A DNA stretch of 64,000 nucleotides. It comes from Azolla caroliniana (Eukaryota; Plantae; Polypodiophyta). A program made the position numbers and the translations under genes. How positions within the stretch are numbered: the first letter of the stretch is position 1; every line of letters begins with the position of its first letter. The notes beneath the pieces were generated by a model, which ran no database searches, was not told the DNA's origin, and saw only the letters and a program-made list of their open reading frames with translations. Location of the stretch: positions 27,900,001-27,964,000 of the forward strand of contig JBHGNT010000002.1 in assembly GCA_043228905.1 (NCBI GenBank). Reading direction: 5' to 3'. Below, piece by piece: positions 11,490 to 24,584 of this stretch.

Positions 11490-11583
11490 AGAGATCCATG
11501 TAAAAAATTGTGATTTGGTATGCTTTGCAAATAAAAGTTTTGTGATATTTCCAAGGAAACACAAGATTATTTCCAAACCTATG

Positions 11584-11703
11584 ATTAACATCTCCAATAT
11601 AATCTACATAGTGGTGACCATATGTTAAACTTTATGATTGTGTTCATAGTCCTAAAGATTAACATATGGTCAACACTATGTAGATTATATTGGATATGTT
11701 AAT
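11584..11703. repeat. Long inverted repeat (45-bp arms, 2 mismatches)
   Basis: 11584-11628 is the reverse complement of 11659-11703. Confidence 0.9.
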
Positions 11704-13241
11704 AATATCCAAAAACTACAATTCCTTGTAAGGTGATGTTGTACTAACAAACTTTAAAAGTAAAAAAAACATGTGTTGATCTGTAGTAGCCATTGTTACT
11801 AGGAAAGGCTATTGATTACGAAACTTGTTTCCTTACATAATCAAATGTGATTTGTCACAAGTAATGTTCAAATAAATTCATGATAAATTTTGTTGTTAGA
11901 GAATTGATGCTTGAAACAAAGGAGTGTGCTTATCAGATCCTGTCTCTTGATTGACGTAAGAAAAATTGTAGATTATTTCAACTAGGGGTGGCCCTTAAGA
12001 AATACTTTGTTGGGGGAAGGTGGCTCTACTTTCTCTATTTTCTTTACACTTTTACACCACAAAAAATTGTAAAAAGTTATAAAATTTAATATTTTAAATA
12101 TGACGGTATAGAAAATAAAGCCTTCTAACCCGAGCCTAGAATCAAGATTACAATGTGCATTTACAACTTGAAGGGTCCTTTGTGTTTCATTAAGTAAGCT
12201 GGCAATTTGTGGCTAGGATAGGATGAAGAAATTGGTCGTCACAAATAAACACTTTGAGCTTAAACACAAGTATAGCCAATAGTCGTGCTTGTTCCCACAT
12301 GTAGGTAAGACTGTTACAAAGAGTTTGGGAATTTAGAAGTTTACGATAAATTCAAGGATATGGGCCAATGATAATGTCATCATTGCCATAATAGTTACAA
12401 AGTTTTTATATCTTTCTTGCCTAATGGTTAATAAAGTCAATAATAATATGGCTAATGTGTCATTTTCATTTACCAATCAATCAAGCATAAATATTTCCAA
12501 CGCTTTTACTTGTCTTATGTCTAAAGATAATAGTTTTGATACTAATACTATTAACGTTGAAGATTCTACACCATTCTTTTCAATACAAATTAAAGGATAT
12601 GGTGTGATCACCATGTGTGCAAAGACATGGCCATGGAAAATGTACATATAGGACACATAGTTTAGGAATTGTGTGTTGCGGGGTTGAGAAAAAGGTGTGT
12701 GGAGTTCAAAGCTTTGAATCTTTACCTATAGGTCTTATGAATGAGTGACTTGAGTCAAGAAATATCATAGCCTTGATTACATGCATGTTATTCACTATCT
12801 TGCCCTTTAAAATACACAATGCCACAATTTTGTTTATCTGGCTAGTAAAGTCAAGAATATGCCCATCAAAGTCAAGCTTTTGAGGCTTAGTTTATATCAT
12901 TGTAAAGATATTATTTCAAGGAAATAATACTTACTCTCAAACTTGCAAGCAAGATGATCACACTTGCCATCATAGAGAAAAGTTCGATGACACATATATG
13001 GCACAAATTTCGATATACACGAACATGGAGAAAAAGTTTCAAATACACATCTATGACACATAAGCTAGGAATATGTGTGTGGGCCAGGGTTAGAAAGGGT
13101 TGTGTGGAGAAAGGAAGACTTGGATCTTCCCCATTCAGAGGTTGGTGGCCCAATGGATTGAACATTGGAATATATATATTGCTCCCTAAAAATAACGTTG
13201 GCTAAGATTGTGTCCTAATGAGATATTATTTCAATGAAATT

Positions 13242-13683
13242 TGTAAAGAATCGGGTATGATTCTTGTGCAACGAAAGAGATGTGTGTTATGTGTATGTGT
13301 GAGAGGAAAGAGAGGAGAGAAGAGAAACACAGGATAGATTAAATAGAATACTCAAGAAGGTGTATATTCACAAGGAGAATATGAGATACAAAAATGTAGC
13401 ATTACAAGGAGTCACAACCGACACTATATGAAGTAGGAGGAACCTGGAGGGTGCTTTATATAAGGTCACCCTCTCTCTTCATTAACTCGCTAGAATGTCC
13501 ACTCTCTCTCTAGAACCTTGACGAATGTGAAGACTCATTAGTTATGTGTCATAGAATATGATTCTATGACACATAGTTAATGTGTAGAGAGTGGTATGAG
13601 TCATGACTCTTGACCTTCGAGTGCTCATAGATTCTCAAAGGGTGTGTTCACACACAATGTTAGGTTGAGCTTGATTCTCAACA
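13242..13683 (-). mobile_element. Solo LTR (442 bp)
   Basis: Ends TGTAAAGAATC...GATTCTCAACA (imperfect inverted termini, TG..CA); perfect 5-bp TSD AAATT at 13237-13241 and 13684-13688; TATA-like TTATATAAAG on the minus strand. Confidence 0.85.
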
Positions 13684-13780
13684 AAATTATATCCAATCAC
13701 AAACCATTCATCCTTTTTTGTGTGTGTCGGAACTTGGGGGGTAATTGCAAAACCAAATTCCCATGTGCAAGCTTGACACC

Positions 13781-13850
13781 AAACCCTAAACCCTAAATCC
13801 TAACTTTAAGCACTAAAACCAAAACGCAAATCTTAAAAACCTAAACCCCA
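13781..13850. repeat. Degenerate interstitial plant telomere-like repeats (CCCTAAA)
   Basis: AAACCCTAAACCCTAAATCCTAA...AAACCTAAACCCC. Confidence 0.6.
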
Positions 13851-16800
13851 AGCACAAATGATCAAATCCTACGCCTTAAAACCCATAACACTAATACCGT
13901 GTCATGCAACACACATGACACACATCATGTATCACCAAATCCTAAACCCGCAAGTATACATGTTGACATAAGCACAAAGTTCTAAATACTAAGACAATCA
14001 CAAACAACAAATTACGTGTTTTGAAATCCAAACCCTGAAGAGCACATGTCAAATTGAAACCTTAAATATCTTCAAGAAAATATATGATGAAGAACATGCC
14101 ACCAACTTTTACTTAAATTTGATGTTTTATAATGTGAAGAACAAGAACCATCAATATAATCACGAAAAATGATTAGAACCTTCGGTATGGTCAAGAACTA
14201 TTGTAGGAAATTCACTCAAGTCACAATTCTCACTAGCAACACATTCTACTGTCAATATTATAGGTTCATAACATGGGCATTTCCTCAACCACAACATCAC
14301 ATACACTTTTGTTCATTCATGTAATTCAAAAATATCCTCCAATATCTTCTACAAATGTTTCTTAGTTTAGCACTTTCAAATAGTTGAAATCCAAACTTTT
14401 CAATTGTATTTACATAATCTCTTCATTAAGATGGAGTTATGTATTTCTCAATCTTCACATGCTTCCTTGGCGAGGATATTTTCGTGCTCTTTAACACCGG
14501 AATGCTTGGTATTTTTTCACATTGGACGGGTGGCCAAAGAAGTGATTGATTTTCCTCATGATTCTCATGTCAAAACATTCAACACTAAATCATTGATATT
14601 ATTGTCACCGCAGAAAATGTTGTCAATATCAACACTTTTGGTGTCAATAATAATAGAATCGTAAAATAGTATTCTATTGATCTTTCTTATGATATTTATG
14701 GTTTCTTGTATAAAAATGTCGATAAAATGAAAAAAAATATCACTCAAAATTGGTGACCATGTCATATTGTTGAGTTGGAAAATTTAAACCTTGAGATATG
14801 ACTACACAACCACAAAACATGAAGCTTTTCCAACAATTTAGTAAAAAATATGGCCCACATCAAACTTTTGAGGTTTACATATCTCCATTATGAAAATATT
14901 TCCAAAAGTGTGAGCGTTTTTGTTTGCCATGGTTGACATTGACATAACAATTGGGAGGTAATATAAATAAGACGATATTATTCTTTGGATCGAGTTTTTG
15001 ACCTTAATAGACATTTGAAAATAGAAAAACTATGCGATGCATCTCTAAAAAGCACGTGCCTTCATTTTTCACGGTGTCAATGATTCGTAGCACACATGAT
15101 TCTCAATATGAAGTAGTTTTGCTATTCTCTATATGAATAACAAATTGAAATTTCATCTCATTCCAAGATATTATTGTTTGTGCTTTCAACTTTGGTACAT
15201 CACAAAATCATGGTAGACTAGGCATGCCCAACTTATGAATATCAACAAAGCAAAGGCTTAGGTTTGGACAAATATGAAAACAAGAAAGATATAAAATAGT
15301 GAGAATCTAAGAAATGTTTATGTTTGAGCAACGAGTGGTGGAGAAAGTCATCGGTTTACCAAATTCGGTGTTAGATGAACATTGAAGGCATACATTTCGC
15401 ATATAGATGGCCCCTCCCATATATAAAATGGCTCTCCAGTAACCATGTCCTCTTCCCACCAAGAAGATATCAAACCAAATTCACGTAGTTACACATCCTA
15501 ATTTTAATGTTCACGTACAATAATTTGTCTTTGGTGTCTTTTGAGCGTCATTGTAAGAAAGAAACCATTCGGCAATAGAAGATACAAATTTTGAGAAATA
15601 GCTTAATTAGGACTGTTTCAATTGTGTAAGGAATTCCATGTTGGCTTGAAGAGGATATTGATCATTAAAATAAAACTAGATAAAATTGTTTTTAGATTCA
15701 TTAAAATGGAATCATAACATTAAGGATACATGTATTTTAAAACATTTTGCTATAACATTAATTGAGCAATGGAGTCGCTAGGCTTCAATTTCCTTGACTC
15801 AATTGTGACTCCAATTTCCATCCATGTCTTTGAACCACAATTGGTTGGGGGTTTTAGATTTTTAAACTCTTACGTCTAGTTCAATTCTAGATGTGAAAGT
15901 ATAAATAGACTAAAAATGACACATTTTCTAGCTTGCCACACCATGACAAACTCAATTATTGGTGATATTTTCCAATCAAACAATTAGAAAAAGGTTTGAC
16001 GATAATCATTGACACTCATTTATAGCAATCATAAAGAGATTCAAAAGAAAAAAACACTCTATTGCCCTTAGAACGTTACACATATATTACATATGTTAGT
16101 CTATTTGTTGACACATAGGTGAAGTCCAAATGTAGATACCTTTGTGGACTCGTTTTCAAGTGTTTGTGTTCCAATATTTGTATTGATAAAGACTGATCAA
16201 TAGATGTTGGGTGCTTCATTGCACATGCAACTTTGCTAGAAGAACTCAAGGGTTTAAAAATGACCCACTATTTGTTTTCTTTCCCTACTATGACAAAGTC
16301 AAATGTACAATGTGCTAAATAGCTAGTTGGGAATACAATGAAGCCACCAATAGGATGCGTAACATAAGAAACAATGACCATGGGGAGGCCAATACGTTTT
16401 ACTAGAAATATCTTAAGTGATTGATGCAAAACATAATAAATCATGATTTACATAGGTAGTACAAGAAATAGTACATGTCAATGCACCAAAATTTACATTC
16501 TCTTCACTCATAGGGTTCACAATTAAACCAAAGATAGAATAAATTAGATGACATTAATAAACAATATGCATTATATTCGTGTGTGTAACTAATACATATA
16601 CATCACTATCTTTGGTATCCAAGTCACAAGAATAATTGTTTTTACCCTCTTCTCCATTCTCTACCATCATGTTGTCATCCTAAGTGTAAATTGTTTGCTT
16701 TCAATTCACCTTGAAAATGATTTATTTCATTTGATGTTTGCTTTGCACGTCAAGCTGATTGATTGCCTTCCTCAATTGTTGCGAAAAGATAAATGGCTCG

Positions 16801-17881
16801 TTTTCATTAAAATCTCATCCTTGTCAAAACAAAGTCATAGATAACTATATGAACTTCATCGTGTTGAATCTTAGCAATTGAATATATTCTTCTTTCTTCT
16901 GTTGGTGGTTCTAGCATCAACCATCTCATGACTATATTCCCTTAAGGAAGCATTTACACTAATTGCAATGTGATTCACCTTTCCAATCCACAACGGATTT
17001 GATCCTCATAATGGCATCAATAACATACACAGCTAGAAGATTGCAATACATATCTTTACTAAAGATTGATAATTCACTCAATGACTATAACATGGGATTG
17101 ACAAATGCGTTCTCCAAACTTGGTTTTGGTCAACTCTCTTATAAACGAGAGCAACACAACAATGTGAATAAAGGAATGGTAAAAATAATCCATATTCAAC
17201 ATATTTTCATCGTTGATGAAGTGCATGGTAATTGGAATAAGAATCACATGTGTTTAACTTGAGATGTGTGTGTGTGTGTGTGTGTGTTGGGGAGGGGGTG
17301 TCATGCATTTTTCATTAGGTAGAAAATTGAGCTTCCATAGAACACCTAAACATAAGGCATTATTGGAGAAGACAACCACAACCTAAGAAGATGCAAGAGC
17401 ATATGCATACATCAATCTCACATACAATGCATTGAATTTATGTTTGCTATATCTTGCCCTTGCACTCATCATGTTGTGGATTGATTAGTATTCCAAGTGT
17501 ATATGTTCTTGATGTATCATTTTTTATATGGTTTTGTATTAGAACTCAATCTTGATGCATCTATTTCAATTAGGAATTATGAATGTTCCACCATTTTTAC
17601 AATTGTAGCATGCTTAAAAATTTAGTTTCAAAAGGATGATTGTGGATTGAAAAATATACATATTTTGCTTTGTACTAAGGAAAAGAATGAAATCCAATAG
17701 TACTTTATCTTATCTCTACATATTTGAGTTGTTTTTTTTGCAATATCATGGTCGTCAATGTATCATGTTTGAGTGATAGGCTCATTGCTCATTGTGCCAA
17801 CATTGCAATTTTTTCGATTTTCAAAAGAATGTAAAAGAAAATAAAGAATATTTGAAATGGTAGGAGATTTAAGGATGGGAA

Positions 17882-19824
17882 TTAGATGATATGATGATGC
17901 ACTAATCTTGAAGAATTCAATGAACTATGGAGGAAGTTGTAACGTTGCCAAACTTGGTTGTCTGCGAAGTTGAAAGCACGCTCCATATTGGAAAGACAAG
18001 TGGCTAGAGGGTAGCTCCCCTGCCCATTTTTTCCACATGGCTTGCAGCCCACAAAATGAGTAATAAATGGCCACTTCTCCCCGGCACTAGAGTCCCAACC
18101 ACATCCATGATATTTCTTAGCACCATCTATTACCAATGAGACACAAGGTGGAACATCATGTTAGTTATTTAAATTAGTGGACATCATACTCATAATAATA
18201 TCAGTATCAATGGTAACATTGAATGATTCGTGATGATATTAATAACATTATCGACTTCGATGCAATACGAGAAGAATGTCCTAATGTGCCAATATTATTA
18301 GTTAGTATTGGTGTCATAGATATTGGTGTATGAACATTCATTGAGGATATCAAGACGGGATCATCATGATTCTACTCATATATCAATACTCGCACAAAAT
18401 ATTCTAGGTCAATTATTGTTTAGTTATATTTTACTATGAACCTCATTAAATATATTATTAGAGCAACAAAATATTATTCAAATCAATATTTGAATGTTCA
18501 ATATATAGTGAGCATGAGGGTTGAGTATAGTACCAGTGGTTTCGTTATGTAAACTCTTCTTGGTCTCCAACATATCATCCATCATCTCATCAAAAATTTC
18601 AACTATTGGCACCCAATACCCATGTAGACAATAGCTCGATTCCATATAGACTTTGTTTCCCCAAACTTCTCGTTGTTTTATTAGCAGATACACGAGTGCC
18701 GATTGATCATCGGCTTCGAACTCTGATCGATCGCTGAGGAACTTGGATACCTCCTTACCAGCTTCGTTCCTAACTGACCCCTTTGGTCCCATCTGGGCCC
18801 ATTCATCAAGCAAATCAAGTGACCATTGACAATTCCTTAGGAAAAAACTCCCGGTATTAAGACCTAACCACGACTTTTTCACGTACACATTGTGCTCCCA
18901 CCCATGCACGATGAGGTTGTAGTCCTGGTAGCGTTCCATGGGGAGTTTGAACTCCATGTTGGTGATGAGGGCGTCACTGTCAATCCACCAGAGCCATTCA
19001 ACCTCCGGACGTGCCAGCATGAGCTCTCGGAGGAGGGGGAGCTTTGACCAGAACCCGGTCATTTCATCGGAGATGTGGGCAAGGTTGTAGAACATGGTGA
19101 TGCCACTATGGAGGGTGCAATAGTCCATCTTGTTTTTGATGGATTTCAATAAGAAGTGATCCCCCGAAGGGTTCTCGCATGCAAAGGGGGCGGAGCCGGT
19201 GACCATTAGGATGGGCGGGCTCGTTACTTTCGAGGCCTCGTGGTGGTCATTGTGCCCATGCCCATCTCTTTTCTCATGTGTCCTCCCAAGTTTCCTTTTC
19301 TCATCCCAATCCAAGACTTTAGGGCCCAGACTAAACTTATTAAAAGGAGTTGCTGAAGAAGCATTAAATGCTTCCTCATTTTTTATTTCCCCTTCCCCTG
19401 CCTTCTTAATCTCCTCCCTAATCACTTCCCCCTCCTTAATCTCCCCCTCAATCACGTCCTTAATCACCCCTCCCTCCTTCCTAATGTCCCCACCGATCAC
19501 TTGTGTTTCACCTCCTCTGAGCTTCCTCACAACCTTGGATGGATCGGCCTCAAGATCGGCCGACAAAATCTTGGTGTCGGGCCTAATTCTCTGGGCATCT
19601 AATTGAATGGCCTCCGATTTGATGCTACTGTACGACTCCCTAATCACGCTCTTAATACCGTGATTAGCAGCGTAGTTATTGCTAACCCCCGACCCTTTGA
19701 ACACCATCAGAGTGATTAATCCACACAGCACCGTGAGGATTACTCTCTCCACACAGGTTTTGCATCTGCTTCTGTTTTGCATAGTTAAACTACTCCTATG
19801 ATTGGCTAACCCCCGCCTCATCAT
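17882..19824 (-). CDS. GT34-family glycosyltransferase (xyloglucan 6-xylosyltransferase-like); exons 19824-18534 and 18126-17882
   Basis: Type II membrane anchor; motifs LLKSIKNKMDYC, FWSKLPLLR, WWIDSDALIT (DxD), GLNTGSF, EADDQSAL, LHGYW, WPFITHFVGCKPCG and RAFNFADNQ. A GT-AG intron (18533-18127) restores the frame. Confidence 0.92.
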
Positions 19825-21418
19825 CGGATCTTCAGTTCGGGATAACTTTCTGCTTGAGAACTAAGCTTTGCAATCAAGCTGTAATTAAGAAGAATTCACG
19901 GTGTGAGCCAAAGAGATGGCCTTGATTAATTATGGATTGATTAGCCTATGAATTGAGCAAACGGGGGGGGGGGACTTAATGAAGGTGCTAGTTACCTGAA
20001 GGCTGTCGTGGGACGGATTGAGATGAAGCTGTGGTTGGATGCGATTTAAGTAAGCCTGATGGGATGTGATTAAGCTTAATTATGCTCTGCTTGGGTAGTT
20101 AAGCTCAGGTTAAATGTTGCAAAATGAAGCCTAATTAGTAATGGAAGGAAGGAAAAGCAGGGGAGAAGATGTCAAAGGAACTTGGAAGGAAGAATTGGTT
20201 CATAATTTGAAACATTAGGGGAGGGGGAGGGGGTGTTATGGAGGGGTCAAATTTATAGTTTTGTCAAATGGTGAGGCTAGATTCTCAAAGTTTTAATAAT
20301 ACTTCCAAAATACCCCTCTCCAGTTTTTTTTCAACACCAATGATGCCAAGACTTCTTCAACCCCTCCCCACCATGTGAGCAGTGCATGTGTGTTTGTATG
20401 TCTCTATACATGTGGGTGTCAATCTCTCTCTCTTACTTGTCCTCTCAGACCATGACCCCTTGTGAACACACTTTCTTGATCCCACGTCCATGTTCCAACC
20501 CTCCGAGTGATAGTAAACCATAAACCATCTTCATCATGTGTATGCCCACTCTTAGATCATATTATTTAAGGACTCTAAGACACAAGTGTATGTATCGTGG
20601 GCTTTCATAATTATGTTACGGTTGCTCACACAGACAACTTGAAATGATGGAGCCAGCTGAGCATATCTAATTACTTCCCAAATCAAAGACATGATACTTA
20701 AGGATGGAGTATGGAGAGTCCTACCCTGTCACACTATCCTCCCCAATAGAGAGACCCACAATGAAGACCATCTCATGCCATGATGTGAATCATTCCTAGC
20801 CATCCGACAATTATGTCAAACATCTATTATTTGATGTAGTAACCTTACACCACATCTCGAACTTGGACGCATTAATTGTTGCATTCTGATTCCAAAGTTC
20901 TTTTTAATTTCGAATGTCTACCCTCCTGTCAATGTTTGAGGTCATACTTGTTGAACTTCACACTCAACTCTGATAATTGTGTTTGACCTCGACGGATATT
21001 AGTACAATCTATGTATCTAAACCACAAACACACTTTCTCTCCCTCCCCCTTATTCGTGTAAGTGTCACCAATCCTCTTATAGTATGATTTTAAAACTCTC
21101 TCTCTCTCTCTCTAAAGCAGAAAGTCTCTAGTCTCATTCGAATGTCCATAGCATCAATTATGTTATGATTTGAGATTTGAACTCTTTCTCTATCCAAAGT
21201 CCATAACGCCAATCGTGTTATGACTTCAACTCTTTCTTTTGAGAATACCAATTAAATGAGGCTTGATGCACACTCACGCTCACACTCACATTCGCTCACT
21301 CACTCACACACACATTCACTCACTCTCACACACTCTCCCTCTAAAATTAGTGCACACATAATAATATTAAATTTCATGGCAATACAAAACACCTTTTATT
21401 GACCCTTCTACAATAGTG

Positions 21419-21469
<51 letters not shown>

Positions 21470-24400
21470 AATTACCAATTGTATTATGCTTTGACTCTTC
21501 TCATCACTGCAATGTTTTTGTCTTCGTCACAACGTGCACTCTCAACTACAAAATTCATTAGTAGAATCCTTGAACGTTCAAGAGTCATTTATCAATTATG
21601 CACACAATACATGGAAATTTATTTCACTTTAGTCCTATAAAATATATTTGATCTTTGAGGACAAAAATAAAAAATATCTTCTATTTATCTATCTGTCTTC
21701 ACATGAATCACCCTTACTCTATGCTTGGGGACCCTTAAGAGCTTCTTCATAAATGGATCACCAATCCCCATCTCATTGTGTCCAACAATACAATTGCCTC
21801 ACTACAATTATGTATAACATTGTACTTTACACAAAGATGACACCCACATATACATTGACCACGATCTCGACACATTTCCATCACCAAATCAAGCTCATCA
21901 TAGGAGAGAGGTTCTTGAAATATGTAGTAATCCCCCGCACATGATGCATATATTTAGAATATGCTAATTTAAGCTCCACACAATAATTAATTTTTGTAAA
22001 TATCTACAAACACTTTCCTAATGTTTATCATTTCGTTTTAGTCATTGTTTTCATTGAATAGAAACACATTCAGTTAACTTCTTGTAGGCATCATGGTCTT
22101 GTTGCAAGGAAGTAAAAAAGAATTGAAGATTGTTAAAAAAAGTAAGCCTCAACGTGTAAGAAAATCTAGTCTAACCTTATTTCCTTCTTTAGTAGATTCG
22201 CATTAGTCTTCCATAACTTTGACTCTAATCTTATTTCCTTGTACCGTATAAAACCCTTTGGTGTTCTTGTTAAAAGTGCATTCTTACTCTTGTGATAACT
22301 GCCTCTAGTTGTTAAAGAGACGGGCAAGAGTAGGTGCTCAATCATTCTTAGTGACTCACATGGGAGCTAACTACTAAGCAAACTCTAATCCTATTCTATG
22401 ACTTAACCAAATTCACAATATGAGACTTTACCAACCACATTTATGAGACCAAATGTACCACCATATACTCAAAATGCTTGTATCAATCGTGAATTATGGT
22501 CTTCCATGTATCCCCAACATAGATATGGACAAGATTGTAAGCACCTTGAAGGTCTAACTTTGTGGAGTATTTGGCCCCATGCAACTGCTCCATAAGAATT
22601 GAGATCAAAGGCAAATGTACTTGTTACAAATTGTGACCTTGTTTAGTGATCGATGATTTGTACACCAACATGGGAACCAAAATGCTAAATGAATCCATTC
22701 ACCAAATTTCTTAATCTCCAATTATGAAATATTATAAATTGACGATCTTCATGGTGGCTCTAGTTTCTCTTGTTGGAAATTAGTTGGACAATCATAAGTC
22801 AATGCTCGAGGAGAATACTAGCCTTGATCTTATCAAGGACATCGATGAATTACCAATACTTGGTTAGTATTATAGTCTCCAACTTTTGTGTACTTAGAGA
22901 CAGAATTGGTAACACTATATGAACACAAAAATTTCATCTTCCCTCCAACTTCTTTAAAGAAATTGTTAAGAATTGGTCGGGTTCTCAATTTGACTTTGAA
23001 GTAATGAGGAACTTGAATGCACAAACTTTGTGAGGCTCTTTAATTTCCCGACTCCTCCAATCAATCTCTAGGTTATGAAGTTCAATATTGTAACTCCCCC
23101 AAGCGCGTGGAGGGTGCTTGCAATCATAGTATGTAATATACTCGAATGCGGCAAACATTCTTTTTCCATACGAATGCAATCGAATGCGTATGTTATCAAA
23201 ACATTTTATATTTTTTTTTACACTTTGTACCTTAACTTTCTTACCTTAAAATAAATTTTACTTTATAATAAATAATGAATACAAAAGTATGGTATTTACC
23301 ATACTTCTACGCGTGTTTACCATAATCGAATGATTGAAACATTCGTGAATACATAAGATGAAGTATTCTTAAAAGTACCACATTACCTACAAACTTGAAT
23401 GTTATATAACATTATAGCTCAAGATGAACATTAAACACATGTCATTTTCTCATCACATGTTGCAATTAATCTCGATTCTCGTTGATATTCTCTTCGAAAG
23501 AGAATTAACTTTTGAATGATTATGTAAATCTACATCGACAAAAAGGCTTGCGAGCATACTTTCAAATGGATTCCAAATTTATAATTGTAAGTATATGTTT
23601 ATCACACCAAATAGATTGAGACATTGTTACTTTTTAATTTTTATGCAACGTCTATTAAAAAGTATTCATTAAAGAAGGGAAACTCTTAAAAATGGGCCAT
23701 GAAGGAGGCAATAATATTAAGAACTAATCTCGATAAAGAAAGTTATGAAGTCCAATCTAAACTACCATTAGAAATTTTCACCATCATCTGATGTAAGTTA
23801 TTATACAACATTTATGCCACATAAAATGGAAGAATGTGCGAAAAATAATTCAGCATGAGGAATATGAAAGCATTGGTTTTTCACATTATATAAGCATCTT
23901 TAAATTATTGCTCATAGATTCAAGACATTATTGTGCAAAGTATAAGTAATGGCAAATCTAGTGGTTTGCAACCTTGAAGGTCTGTTTGAGATCAAGTATA
24001 GGAACTGTTTGTGAGTACACAAAGTTTTTGTATGTTTTTTTTGTGTTTGAGGTTCAATATAGGAACTCTTCAGAAGTCCAATATTTTTTGGTATTTATTA
24101 GCCTCAAGTTGCTCCGAAAAAATGGATTGTGTTTTTCACGACATTGTCAAACAATAATACTATCCTTTTAAAATGCAATGCAAACAATAAGGAAGGATAA
24201 CAATCATCACATCAAATTCTTCTTGAATGTTACTAAATGGACGTTGATGGTATAATAATGGTGAATTTAACAATATTGGCATGGTCAATTGATAAAAGAG
24301 GGCTATGGAGGATTGGCTTATAGAAACATATTGGTGGGTGTAGTATATGTGATGTTGTAAGAGCAATCCATACATGAGTATCAATTTATGCACATCCACT

Positions 24401-24584
24401 GAGTGTAATGTTGGGCCTCTTCGCATCACATTTTCCCATGTGGAACATTCATAGTCCCACAAGGTCATTAAAGTCCATCACCTTATGGCACACTTCTACA
24501 CTGTAGACTTTGATTACCTCTAACTTTACCATCTCATTTCCTCAATCAACCTCCAAAGATGCTAATTGATCTAGATATCTCTAA

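Noticed and set aside
9617-11597. Antisense ORFs over the PPR gene (and similar ones over the GT34, DUF3527, GH1 and transposase genes)
   Set aside because: Shadow ORFs with no independent motifs.
16000-17260. Possible minus-strand LINE relics (also ~22450-23050, 24160-24500)
   Set aside because: Only vague similarity; no diagnostic RT motifs could be read.
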